A stretch of 64,000 bases of DNA, from positions 2,343 through 66,342 of the IMG/VR virus record IMGVR_UViG_3300032287_000965; one strand, written 5' to 3'. Source of the stretch: a virus. The notes beneath the pieces are model-generated. The model did not search any database and was not told where the DNA came from. It saw only the letters and a program-made list of their open reading frames with translations. The translations under genes and the position numbers were made by a program. This document shows, in pieces, positions 17,380 through 25,870 of this stretch. The number at the start of each line of letters is the position of its first letter. Positions within the stretch are counted from its first letter, which is position 1.

Positions 17380-17746
17380 AGATTACTACAAAAAAGGGGT
17401 CAAAATGACCCCTTTTTCCACCTATCCATGATTACTACAAGTGGACAAGAAAAAAGACAGCGAAAACGTAGCGCCATCAAGGCGTATCCCAAAAACAGGC
17501 ACATACATACATCTATTTAAATATATATATATATATAGGAGAGTATTTGTATGTACGTGCGGAGAACGAAAAGCTTTTGTCTTTTTTGGTAAGCAGGGGC
17601 TTTCTTATTTCTCCATACCGATAGATAAACGAACCACTTCCTGTGCTCACCCGCACCCACACTGCCAAAGCACTGTCCAAAAACTTGTCCGACTGTGTTA
17701 ATCTTGGATACCGCCTTGGATACCACTATTAAAAAGGGTAGTAATC
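17380..17746. other. Non-coding AT-rich region with short repeats; candidate replication origin
   Basis: (AT)n tract at ~17515-17537; GATTACTACAA x2 (17381, 17430); CTTGGATACC x2 (17703, 17715); no convincing CDS. Confidence 0.45.
17396..17412. repeat. Palindrome, copy 5
   Basis: GGGGTCAAAATGACCCC flanked by A- and T-tracts; could double as a terminator. Confidence 0.85.
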
Positions 17747-18535
17747 ATGCATAAATGGATGTACAGAGCCACGCAACGCAAGATCGACAGCGTACTACTG
17801 CGTAAATTCCCCGAGCAACACGACTTGCGAAACGGGGTTCGGAATGAGATACGGCAGGTCAAGAGCCAACGCCGAGCCGAGAAGATCGCAGCAACGCACC
17901 GGAAAAAACTCTGGGCAGTGTTACTGCGCGACTTAAATTATGAGTACAACAACATCAGGCAAGGCATCAAGTACGCCAAGACCCAGACACAGCCCGAAAG
18001 ACTACTCGCCTTTGAGAGCTATTTGTTGATAGTAGAGAGGGTCAGGGATGAGATCGAGGCAGCGCAGGCAAACCCCGAAGTTCCCAAACCCACGCCCAGT
18101 GCGTACAGCCAGTGGATCAACGCCAAAGCCAAGCGGCAGATTCCCAACAACGGCATTCACTGGACTGATTGGGTTCCAGCTGGGGTAAAGCTAAAAGCAC
18201 TGGCACTGTTCGATGCCATACCGCATACGCCCAAAGCCAAGCGCAAGATACCGTTTCAAAGAACCCAACGCCCGATCAAGAACAACCCAGCACTCACCCG
18301 CCTGATAAAACGAACCGAGAAGGAGATCGCCTATGTGAAGCAGGAATTAGACATCGCCCCGACACACCCAGTAATACGCCTGAAGTACGCCCAAATGCAG
18401 AAGGCACTGGCACGGATGCATGAGATGAAACCAAGCGAAGCCGTGCCACACACGTGGCATGGGGTGTACGGATACGACAAGGCAGAACTCGATGCCGCAA
18501 GGAAAGAAGTAAAAGAGAAACTAGATGTAGTATAA
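17747..18535 (+). CDS. Basic hypothetical protein
   Basis: 262-aa ORF, Lys/Arg-rich and helical. Confidence 0.75.
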   Translation: MHKWMYRATQRKIDSVLLRKFPEQHDLRNGVRNEIRQVKSQRRAEKIAATHRKKLWAVLLRDLNYEYNNIRQGIKYAKTQTQPERLLAFESYLLIVERVRDEIEAAQANPEVPKPTPSAYSQWINAKAKRQIPNNGIHWTDWVPAGVKLKALALFDAIPHTPKAKRKIPFQRTQRPIKNNPALTRLIKRTEKEIAYVKQELDIAPTHPVIRLKYAQMQKALARMHEMKPSEAVPHTWHGVYGYDKAELDAARKEVKEKLDVV

Positions 18536-18556
18536 TCTAGATGTAGTGCAGCAAAA

Positions 18557-18573
18557 CGGGTCAGCCTGACCCG
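18557..18573. repeat. Palindrome, copy 6
   Basis: CGGGTCAGCCTGACCCG, about 20 nt downstream of a TATAAT at 18531. Confidence 0.9.
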
Positions 18574-18601
18574 AAATTCAACCAACCGAAAGGAGCAACA
18601 C

Positions 18602-18859
18602 ATGAAGTATTACATTGGCAGGATCGAAGAAAGCAATGGCGGCATGGAGTACAACGACCGCTTCCTGTTCACAACCAAGGGCAACCCAGACAAGTACGCC
18701 GACAAGGTAGCAATGGAGTGGCGCGGTTGTACTCGCGCAGACTGGGACAAGGAACACGATGCGTACTGGTCTGACTGCACCCTGATCTGGGCGGGGGCAG
18801 TGAATGAAATCCCGAAGGAAGACTTCGCTGTCCTGAGTAAGTACATAGCCGTCCTGTAA
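18602..18859 (+). CDS. Early hypothetical protein
   Basis: 85 aa; leader CAACCAACCGAAAGGAGCAACACATGA identical to that of the next gene. Confidence 0.8.
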   Translation: MKYYIGRIEESNGGMEYNDRFLFTTKGNPDKYADKVAMEWRGCTRADWDKEHDAYWSDCTLIWAGAVNEIPKEDFAVLSKYIAVL

Positions 18860-18885
18860 CCACAACCAACCGAAAGGAGCAACAC

Positions 18886-19194
18886 ATGAGCCAGAGTTTT
18901 TATACCGTAGCCGTTTACATGGAAGACCGCGCATTCGGCGGGCACGAGGAGGGTGGCTGGTACTACGACACCGCCGAGCTATGCATGGAGCCTGAAGCAG
19001 CGCAGTACCTGCGAGGGTTTAGTGATGAGGGCGAGGCGTACACCTACGCTATTGACCTGCACAACATCCTGACCAAGTGGAACGAAGGCAGACCAGAGAC
19101 GAGCAGCGTCTTATCCGAGGGCAGGTACGCAGCCATCGTCAGTGAAGGTATGCCCAAGCCCCACTACCCAGAAACAACACCACGCTATTCGTAA
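18886..19194 (+). CDS. Early hypothetical protein
   Basis: 102 aa; DR.FGG.EEGGWYYD motif and C-terminal P..YP...PRY. Confidence 0.8.
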   Translation: MSQSFYTVAVYMEDRAFGGHEEGGWYYDTAELCMEPEAAQYLRGFSDEGEAYTYAIDLHNILTKWNEGRPETSSVLSEGRYAAIVSEGMPKPHYPETTPRYS

Positions 19195-19206
19195 AGGAGC
19201 AACACC

Positions 19207-19428
19207 ATGAAATACACATCTGAACAACTATTCGCAGCAGCGCATGAGATGAGGAAGACCGGCGGCAGTTTCGCAGCAGCCATAGCCAGTGCGTTCTTCC
19301 TTGCTGACTTGGGGAACCAAGCCATCCTACTCGATGCCTTCGGGCATCTGTTTGAGAAGTACATTCCGCTCGATGAGCGGCTCGATGCAGAGATGGCACA
19401 GGGTAATTGGTTCGCTGATCTACGGTAA
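19207..19428 (+). CDS. Early hypothetical protein
   Basis: 73 aa; M...GGSF..AIA.A...AD..N...L..AF pattern; AAAGGAGCAACACCATG RBS. Confidence 0.75.
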   Translation: MKYTSEQLFAAAHEMRKTGGSFAAAIASAFFLADLGNQAILLDAFGHLFEKYIPLDERLDAEMAQGNWFADLR

Positions 19429-19435
19429 ACAAAAA

Positions 19436-19452
19436 CGGGTCGGCCTGACCCG
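19436..19452. repeat. Palindrome, copy 7 (one mismatch)
   Basis: CGGGTCGGCCTGACCCG. Confidence 0.8.
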
Positions 19453-19499
19453 TTATTCAGGCCATTCACTTAACGCAACACAACCCGAAAGGAAACACC

Positions 19500-20945
19500 A
19501 TGATTGACAATGACTATTGCGGCTATGACAAATGGGAATGGATGATGTCTCTGGCCAACGTGCTGGAGGAACGCGCAAGGGTAGGTAACTACATCTTGAT
19601 CAACGGCTGGGATGCCATGCCTGAGGACTACCAGCAACGACACCCTGACCGTGACCCTGCGCTGTACCGCCTGTGGTTTGGGCGTGAGCGTAGGAATGCA
19701 CCGATGCACCCTGCTATCCGTGATGCAGTGCGCCAAGCACCACCCGCAAACTGGCATCTACTTGTGCTTGAGTGGGCACACGCATCCGACTCTGACCCTA
19801 GCCGTATCGCATACACAAGGTCAGACGCACACGGCGAGGCTGACAGGCAGACGGTGACATCCGTGGGCAAGTATCTTGCCCGTCACTTCCCTACTATGCC
19901 TGACCATGACCTGCGTAGTATCGTCATGCGCTACGGTGCTAACCGCTTCGAGCTATGGGATACGGTGGACAAGATCGTGGAGGCTGTGCAAGAGGGGCCG
20001 CACTCATGTATGTGCTGGCGTGACCTTGACCCCGGTGATACGCACCCTTACGAGACGTATGACCCCAAGTATGGCTGGCGTATCGCAGTGCGTATCGATA
20101 GCAACAGCCTGATTACTGCGCGGTGCTTGGTCAATACGTTTAGTAATACGTTCGTGCGTTCCTACACACGCAAGGATGGGGCGTACTCGCACAGCGATGA
20201 GGCTATCGAGGTGTGGCTGCGTGACAAGGGCTTTGAGAAGTCCTGTGATTGGGTAGGTCTCAAGCTTGCCAAGATAACCAAGGGCAGGCACAGCGATGAC
20301 TTCTGGGCGCCGTACATTGACGGTGACTGCAAGCTTGTCTCTGACAGGGGCAACTACCTGATGATTACCAACGATGGCGAGTACGAGTGTACCCGCACTG
20401 ACGGTCATGCCGATGGCTCATCGCTTTGCACTTGCAGTGACTGCGGTGAGCGTCACGGTGAGGATGACATGACTGGCATCGGGTATCACGGCGATTCGAT
20501 GGTGGGTTCGTGCTGCATCGACAGCTATACATATGTCATGGGGCGTAACGGTTGCGAGTACTACATACCAGAGAACGAGGCGGTGTACGTTGAGTCAACT
20601 GGCAATTACTATGACCCTGAGTGCCTGAGCCGCTATGACATCGTTGAGCTTGACTGCGGTGACTATGTCGAGTCGTGCGATGCGGTGTACCTTGAGGAGC
20701 GTGATATGTGGGTGTACGGCGATGATGACTGCGTTGTGTGGTGCGATGACCCAGGTGTGTATCAGCACCGTGATGACTGCGTTGAATTAGCAGAGGGCGG
20801 CTGGGCATTGGAGTCTGATGCATGGCAGTGTGACCATGACAAGAAGTGGTACATCAGCATAGCCGATCAGTTCGAGACACCATGCGGCCTGACAGTACAC
20901 GTAGACCATGCAGATGCATACGCAACCAACACAGAGGAGAACTAA
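19500..20945 (+). CDS. Hypothetical protein with SCM-motif (PcfJ/GNAT-like) domain and Cys/acidic Zn-finger-like repeats
   Basis: 481 aa; GPHSCM...ARCLV...FVRSY...APYID, followed by CSDCGE and other Cys/Asp-rich repeats. Confidence 0.6.
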   Translation: MIDNDYCGYDKWEWMMSLANVLEERARVGNYILINGWDAMPEDYQQRHPDRDPALYRLWFGRERRNAPMHPAIRDAVRQAPPANWHLLVLEWAHASDSDPSRIAYTRSDAHGEADRQTVTSVGKYLARHFPTMPDHDLRSIVMRYGANRFELWDTVDKIVEAVQEGPHSCMCWRDLDPGDTHPYETYDPKYGWRIAVRIDSNSLITARCLVNTFSNTFVRSYTRKDGAYSHSDEAIEVWLRDKGFEKSCDWVGLKLAKITKGRHSDDFWAPYIDGDCKLVSDRGNYLMITNDGEYECTRTDGHADGSSLCTCSDCGERHGEDDMTGIGYHGDSMVGSCCIDSYTYVMGRNGCEYYIPENEAVYVESTGNYYDPECLSRYDIVELDCGDYVESCDAVYLEERDMWVYGDDDCVVWCDDPGVYQHRDDCVELAEGGWALESDAWQCDHDKKWYISIADQFETPCGLTVHVDHADAYATNTEEN

Positions 20946-20946
20946 T

Positions 20947-22047
20947 ATGAAAGCAACTAACGTACTGGGCAAGGTATTGAACACCGCCCTATCCATCAAG
21001 CGCCCACATGGGTCAGCAACCAACGTCAGGTTTACGCAGTGGCTGCGTGAGCAACTGCCTCTTGAGCTTAACAAGGCTGCGTTCTATGACGGTGCAGGTA
21101 ACCTACACGTAGACAACCGAGTCAACGCATCACACAAGACTCTATTCGTAGCACACGTGGACACTGTCCACCGCAACGAAGGCAAGAACAAGATCACCAA
21201 GACCAAGACACACTGGCGGGCTAAGGGTGACGTACTGGGTGCGGATGACGGTGCAGGTGTTGCGCTGTTGATGCATCTGATCTGGGGTGGTGTGCGTGGC
21301 TATTACATCTTCACGCAGGGTGAGGAGCGCGGTGGTGTAGGTGCAAGGTATCTGGCTGAGAAACAGCAAGACTTGTTGCGTGAGTTCGACAGAGCCATCG
21401 CCTTTGACAGAAGGGGGATAGATTCAGTCATCACGCATCAGGGTTGGGGTCGCTGCTGTTCTGATACGTTCGGCTCTGCCTTGGCTGACGCATTGATGGA
21501 TGGGCATGACGCACTGATGATGTTGAACGATGACACGGGCGTGTACACAGATACCGCAGAGTTCACAGACATCATCCCCGAGTGCACCAACATCAGCGTG
21601 GGCTATGCCCGTGAGCATACGCAAGAGGAATCGCTTGACCTTGTGTATTACAACAACCTTGCTGCTGCTGTGCTGACGGTTGACTGGGATGCGCTGCCTG
21701 TTGAGCGTGACCCATCGGTGGTGGAACCCATGCAAGATGTAGGTACTTGGTGGCAGAGCTACAAGACCACGAGCCAGTACGCATACGACCCCACCGATGC
21801 CGAGCCTGACTACAGACGCGAGGATGCTATCGATGCCGTGCTCGATGCGCAGTATGGTCACTACGATGCGCTGGCCAATATGGTTGCCGAGTCTATCTGG
21901 CCTGACGATACAGGGCTGGCGCTACGGCATATGAACTTCAAGGGTCTCAAGCCTTCGTCACTTGACTGGGCGCTTGAGTGTCTGGAGCATGGCGAGGATG
22001 TGGACTTGATACTTGACTCGCTGTTTGATGAGTTGCACTTTGCATGA
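20947..22047 (+). CDS. M28/M20-family zinc peptidase
   Basis: AHVDTV, LGADDGAG, GEERG, FDRRG, YTD, N.SVGY..EHT..E metal-binding motifs; start trimmed to ATG 20947. Confidence 0.85.
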   Translation: MKATNVLGKVLNTALSIKRPHGSATNVRFTQWLREQLPLELNKAAFYDGAGNLHVDNRVNASHKTLFVAHVDTVHRNEGKNKITKTKTHWRAKGDVLGADDGAGVALLMHLIWGGVRGYYIFTQGEERGGVGARYLAEKQQDLLREFDRAIAFDRRGIDSVITHQGWGRCCSDTFGSALADALMDGHDALMMLNDDTGVYTDTAEFTDIIPECTNISVGYAREHTQEESLDLVYYNNLAAAVLTVDWDALPVERDPSVVEPMQDVGTWWQSYKTTSQYAYDPTDAEPDYRREDAIDAVLDAQYGHYDALANMVAESIWPDDTGLALRHMNFKGLKPSSLDWALECLEHGEDVDLILDSLFDELHFA

Positions 22048-22056
22048 GTGTGTAAT

Positions 22057-22073
22057 GGGGTCACGTTGACCCC
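22057..22073. repeat. Palindrome, copy 8
   Basis: GGGGTCACGTTGACCCC followed by T6. Confidence 0.85.
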
Positions 22074-22093
22074 TTTTTTAAAAGGAGAAGCAA

Positions 22094-22321
22094 GTGGAAG
22101 ACAAACGTTTAAGAACCCATGCAGGTAAGTTCGAAGTGGTACTCAGCCCTGAAGAAAACTTTGGGTACTTCGAACACGAGGACTACGGCGATGAGTGGGG
22201 TGGTGGCCTGTGGTTCGAGGGCAAGAGCCTGATTGACTACGATGGTGTGTATGAGTTGCCAAGCGAAGTCATTGCAGGTATTCGTGAACTGGGCTACATC
22301 GTAGCCCAAGAGTTTGAATAG
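22094..22321 (+). CDS. Hypothetical protein
   Basis: GTG start after AAAGGAGAAGCAA; GGLWF..K.L.DYDGV.ELP motif. Confidence 0.75.
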   Translation: MEDKRLRTHAGKFEVVLSPEENFGYFEHEDYGDEWGGGLWFEGKSLIDYDGVYELPSEVIAGIRELGYIVAQEFE

Positions 22322-22329
22322 GAGAAATC

Positions 22330-22524
22330 ATGAAACGTTTTATATTAGCTGTGGCCGTTGTACTTACAGGATGTGGCACGATGGACAATAAACCTGCGGT
22401 AGTCGCACAGGAGTTTGAAAGCTGCAAGATTTACTACGAAGCGGCCAAGCCACCAGTGGCAAACGTAACGGTGGTACGCCATAAGAAGAAACCCAAGAAG
22501 GAGGCCAACAATGGACAACAATGA
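22330..22524 (+). CDS. Putative lipoprotein
   Basis: Signal peptide MKRFILAVAVVLTGC with lipobox LTGC. Confidence 0.65.
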   Translation: MKRFILAVAVVLTGCGTMDNKPAVVAQEFESCKIYYEAAKPPVANVTVVRHKKKPKKEANNGQQ

Positions 22525-22609
22525 TTGGGATGAGGACGCACTGCTGACGATCTTCTGTGTGGTATGCCTCATAGGGCTACTGTTCTTTGTGTTCTTAGGT
22601 ATCTTGTAG
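22511..22609 (+). CDS. Small single-TM protein (32 aa)
   Basis: Not in ORF track. MDNNDWDEDALLTIFCVVCLIGLLFFVFLGIL; GGAGG SD. Confidence 0.55.
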   Translation: MDNNDWDEDALLTIFCVVCLIGLLFFVFLGIL

Positions 22610-22629
22610 GCGAAGTAGGCGCTAACCTA

Positions 22630-22658
22630 TTGACACACTACCCGTAGTACTTTACCTT
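22630..22658 (+). promoter_or_regulatory. sigma70-type promoter
   Basis: TTGACA, 17 nt, TACCTT in an intergenic gap. Confidence 0.6.
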
Positions 22659-22689
22659 TGACTTTCCTTTAACCCCATCTGGAGGGACT

Positions 22690-22947
22690 ATGCACGACAA
22701 CACATTAGACAAGCAGTTCACAGAGAAGCCACGTGTCACGCCATACGACACAGGCAAGATCAAGATCGGTGTGTACTACGAACCACCACGCCCAGTGCAG
22801 GATGAAGATGAGATCGCACTGCAAGACGCACTACTAGGTGGTGAGTGGAGACCCACTGCATCAGCTAAAACAAACTGGCAGATGGTGGCCTTTGTTGCAG
22901 GGGGCATCGTCATTTACGTACTCGGTATGTCACTTATGTTGAGGTAA
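22690..22947 (+). CDS. Hypothetical protein with C-terminal TM helix
   Basis: PY.TGK.KIG.YYEPP...LQ.ALL, then a hydrophobic helix. Confidence 0.7.
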   Translation: MHDNTLDKQFTEKPRVTPYDTGKIKIGVYYEPPRPVQDEDEIALQDALLGGEWRPTASAKTNWQMVAFVAGGIVIYVLGMSLMLR

Positions 22948-22949
22948 TC

Positions 22950-23582
22950 ATGTCCAACTTAGCCACTGCATTACAAATCGCACTAGCCAAAAAAACTGAA
23001 CAGGAGAAGCAAATGCAAACACGTACAACTACACCAGAAGACATCAAGACCATCGCCAACGCTTGGGCGAAAGAAGACCCACGGGATGACGCAAGACCTG
23101 CGCTGCCCCATGCGTTCAAGCCCACCAACAACGTCAGCCGTGAGACGTTCAATGCGGTGCGGGACAACCCACGACTGCAACACAAAGACATAGCCCGTAT
23201 GCTGTCCAACCGTGGGTTCAATGCGGCTTCCATAGGCTCACTGCTCACGCAGATGCACAACTGCGGCATGGTTGCAAGAGATGACAACGGGCGCTACACC
23301 GCACTACAACCTGAGTACACGCCAATCAAGGCAAGCAAGAAAAAGAAAGTGGCTGTGCCCGTAATCAAGAAGAAACAAACGAAGGCAGGCATCGCCGCGC
23401 TCAACACGCAGGATGGCGTGGAGAAGAAGCTGGTGACCATAACCCGGCGCACAGAGCCAGCCCCCGCTCCTATCACACCCACCGCTGTTGTCTTTGACCC
23501 AGAGCAGCTACTATCAACACTTTCTTTTGCCCAAGTCATGGCGCTGTACAAACGCATCAAGACCATGGTGGGAGAGGCATGA
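22950..23582 (+). CDS. Winged-helix DNA-binding protein (putative); alternative start at 23013
   Basis: TFN.VRDNP.L....I...L...G......SLL.Q....G.V wHTH-like pattern; in-frame ATG 23013 preceded by AGGAGAAGCAA. Confidence 0.6.
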   Translation: MSNLATALQIALAKKTEQEKQMQTRTTTPEDIKTIANAWAKEDPRDDARPALPHAFKPTNNVSRETFNAVRDNPRLQHKDIARMLSNRGFNAASIGSLLTQMHNCGMVARDDNGRYTALQPEYTPIKASKKKKVAVPVIKKKQTKAGIAALNTQDGVEKKLVTITRRTEPAPAPITPTAVVFDPEQLLSTLSFAQVMALYKRIKTMVGEA

Positions 23583-24181
23583 TGCAGACCAAAGACTATC
23601 GCGTAACGGTCAAGGTACGCAACGCTCGCATCATCAACGCGCTTGCAGAACGAGGGGAAGTGGTAGGGCAGATTGCGGCAACCAAGATCGGCATATCGTA
23701 CGCGAAGCTCTTGGCGTTATCCAACATAACGCTATCGCCCATCGATGCAGAGGGCAACATCATCCCCGAAGTACTGAAGCTATGCGACTATCTCAATAAG
23801 ATGCCGTTGGATTTGTTTTCTGTGGAACAGATTGTGCCATTGAAGACCAACACAGCGGAGTTGGATATGTCCATAGACGAGGTGGAGATGCTGATGCTAC
23901 CTGCATCAGAACGGCAAGACCCTGCGCTACTGCTTGCAGATGGGCAGTCAAACCACGCAATCAGGTATGCACTGGAGACGTTGCCCCCCAGAGAAGCCAA
24001 GGTCTTGCAGTTACGCTTCGGCATTGACTGTGAAGAGCATACCTACGATGAGCTGGGGAAAGTCATGGGTATCAGTAAAGAGCGTGTGCGACAGATTGAA
24101 GCAAGCGCATTGCGTAAATTGCGACACCCGTACAGGTCAGATGCTTTGCGGCGGGCAGCGCCCATGTTAGGAGAGGCATGA
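23579..24181 (+). CDS. Stand-alone sigma70 region-4 domain protein
   Basis: C-terminus [15 protein letters not shown]...[31 protein letters not shown] closely mirrors RpoD region 4; no region 2 visible. Confidence 0.8.
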   Translation: MMQTKDYRVTVKVRNARIINALAERGEVVGQIAATKIGISYAKLLALSNITLSPIDAEGNIIPEVLKLCDYLNKMPLDLFSVEQIVPLKTNTAELDMSIDEVEMLMLPASERQDPALLLADGQSNHAIRYALETLPPREAKVLQLRFGIDCEEHTYDELGKVMGISKERVRQIEASALRKLRHPYRSDALRRAAPMLGEA

Positions 24182-24342
24182 TGCGCTTCTGGGTCTATGA
24201 TGACGAGGGGGTTTTGTTTCGCAAATTCCATGACCGGCATGAGGCAGAGAAGTTTGTTCAGCCGGGCTGGAAGCTTGTGACCAAGGCCAAGGAGAAAGAA
24301 GTTAAACCAACCGAAGCCACACATGGGAGGGCACTCTGGTGA
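24178..24342 (+). CDS. Small hypothetical protein
   Basis: Not in ORF track. [16 protein letters not shown]...; ATGA/GTGA coupling to both neighbours. Confidence 0.6.
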   Translation: MMRFWVYDDEGVLFRKFHDRHEAEKFVQPGWKLVTKAKEKEVKPTEATHGRALW

Positions 24343-24542
24343 GCAAACCAACACTGCGAGAACTCGCAGACTACCTTGACGACAATGCGCGTGGTGAGAT
24401 GGACACCGAAGCGGCAGCAGCACTGCGCAAGCTTTCTGATCTGTTCAAGGTAGCGCACGAGATGATAACAGCCAAGACGCATGAGGGCAGCAAAGCTGCT
24501 TACTGCGAGATGATTGACTTGATAAAGGGGAAGACAGAATGA
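24339..24542 (+). CDS. Hypothetical protein
   Basis: 67 aa, translationally coupled. Confidence 0.65.
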   Translation: MSKPTLRELADYLDDNARGEMDTEAAAALRKLSDLFKVAHEMITAKTHEGSKAAYCEMIDLIKGKTE

Positions 24543-24751
24543 AAGCATTTCCAAACATGACGGGCCAGCAGGGCATGGACTTACGCGATTACTTTGCGAC
24601 AGCAGCGTTGCCTGTGGCGTTTAATATGGTCAAAGAAGTACACGCTATCTACCATAAGGAGTACGAGTGGGATTACGAAGACGATTGTGAAAACATAGCA
24701 GACGTAGCGTATTGCTTTGCGGATGCAATGATGAAAGCGAGGGCAGAATAA
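24539..24751 (+). CDS. Hypothetical protein (GM.LRDYFA...AY..ADAM phage family)
   Basis: Recognisable motif common in proteobacterial phages. Confidence 0.75.
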   Translation: MKAFPNMTGQQGMDLRDYFATAALPVAFNMVKEVHAIYHKEYEWDYEDDCENIADVAYCFADAMMKARAE

Positions 24752-24954
24752 TGAGTGAAATACGTACATCACGACAGTTCATCGTGGACTTCCTTGAGAA
24801 GAACAAAGAACTCATGGGCGGTATCGAAGCGGTGCAGACACTGGACGGGAGAACCATAAACCTGAACAACATGACCGATGAAGAAGCCAAAGAAGCGGCT
24901 GAGATATTCATGGGTGTCGGCAATCCTACGCGCTTCGGTGCGCTTCTCAAATGA
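24751..24954 (+). CDS. Hypothetical protein
   Basis: Start trimmed to ATG 24751 (TAATG coupling). Confidence 0.6.
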   Translation: MSEIRTSRQFIVDFLEKNKELMGGIEAVQTLDGRTINLNNMTDEEAKEAAEIFMGVGNPTRFGALLK

Positions 24955-25133
24955 GATGGTATGTCGCAGTAGCCGTGGGCTTCTATGTATGCGTTGCGTT
25001 GTTCTCTGTGTATTGGGGACATCGGGCGCTGACGCAGCCCACGAAGCTGCCTTGCGGTGTATCGGAGATCAGCCCGGATTTTGATAACGCACAGCGTGAG
25101 TTGTGCAGACAGATGAGAGGTCATAAGTTATGA
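24951..25133 (+). CDS. Small membrane protein
   Basis: N-terminal TM, then C...EISPD......CR motif. Confidence 0.65.
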   Translation: MRWYVAVAVGFYVCVALFSVYWGHRALTQPTKLPCGVSEISPDFDNAQRELCRQMRGHKL

Positions 25134-25354
25134 AGTGTCCAAGTTGTGCCAACAGTAAGATCGTTACCTACGACACGCGGCGTATTGAGGACATGGTAGT
25201 ACGCAAGCGCAGGTGTTTGGCTTGTGATGATCGGTTCTACACGCTTGAGCAGTACATGTCGGAAGAAGAACTTGAAGAAGTCCAAGAGATAAGGAAGAAG
25301 CAAACACATGACCCCCGAAGCGAAAGTCAAAGCGAAGGTAAAGAAGCTGCTTGA
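25130..25354 (+). CDS. NrdR-N-like Zn-ribbon protein (no ATP cone)
   Basis: MKCP.C......DTR......RKRRC..C..RF.T.E. Confidence 0.7.
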   Translation: MKCPSCANSKIVTYDTRRIEDMVVRKRRCLACDDRFYTLEQYMSEEELEEVQEIRKKQTHDPRSESQSEGKEAA

Positions 25355-25616
25355 TGAGCTTCGCATTTACTACTTCTTCCCTGCTACGCATGGGTATGGG
25401 CGCTCTGGAGTACCTGACGTTGTCGGGTGCTTCATGGGTTTGTTCGTGGCCATCGAGTGCAAGGCAGGGAAGGGGCAGCTTACGGCTTTGCAGGAGCGGG
25501 AGATTGAAAGTATTAAAGAAGCAGGGGGCTTCGCTTTCGTTGCCCGTGAAGACAACACAGATGAGCTAAGGAGGTTATTGACATGTCTGATCCAAGAGCT
25601 TTTGCCAAGCGATTAG
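25308..25616 (+). CDS. VRR-NUC domain nuclease
   Basis: PE..VK, G.SGVPD, F.AIECKA, T.LQ......I..AGG motifs. Confidence 0.85.
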   Translation: MTPEAKVKAKVKKLLDELRIYYFFPATHGYGRSGVPDVVGCFMGLFVAIECKAGKGQLTALQEREIESIKEAGGFAFVAREDNTDELRRLLTCLIQELLPSD

Positions 25617-25855
25617 AGGAGATGAATGAGGACGAGAGAGAACACTTTCGTAATCTGATTGAAGCACTGGCAAAGTGTTACGGCAAAGATGCAGCACAGG
25701 GGGTGGTGATAATCTCGCTGCCAGACAGCCCGATACACGAAGTCATATCACTCAACGCAACCGACATGGAGACGCACAATCTAATCAAGTCAGTCGAAGA
25801 TTACTTTGTGTTTGTAAACACGATGGATGCACCACCAAAAGAGCAGTTCAACTAA
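25583..25855 (+). CDS. Hypothetical protein
   Basis: 90 aa; GGAGG SD. Confidence 0.7.
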   Translation: MSDPRAFAKRLEEMNEDEREHFRNLIEALAKCYGKDAAQGVVIISLPDSPIHEVISLNATDMETHNLIKSVEDYFVFVNTMDAPPKEQFN

Positions 25856-25870
25856 AACAAGGAGAAGCAA

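Noticed and set aside
15709-22073. Palindromes as a CRISPR array or as eukaryotic estrogen response elements (GGTCAnnnTGACC)
   Set aside because: Spacing is irregular (about 300-2600 nt) with whole genes between copies and no cas operon. The ERE match is treated as coincidence in a bacteriophage.
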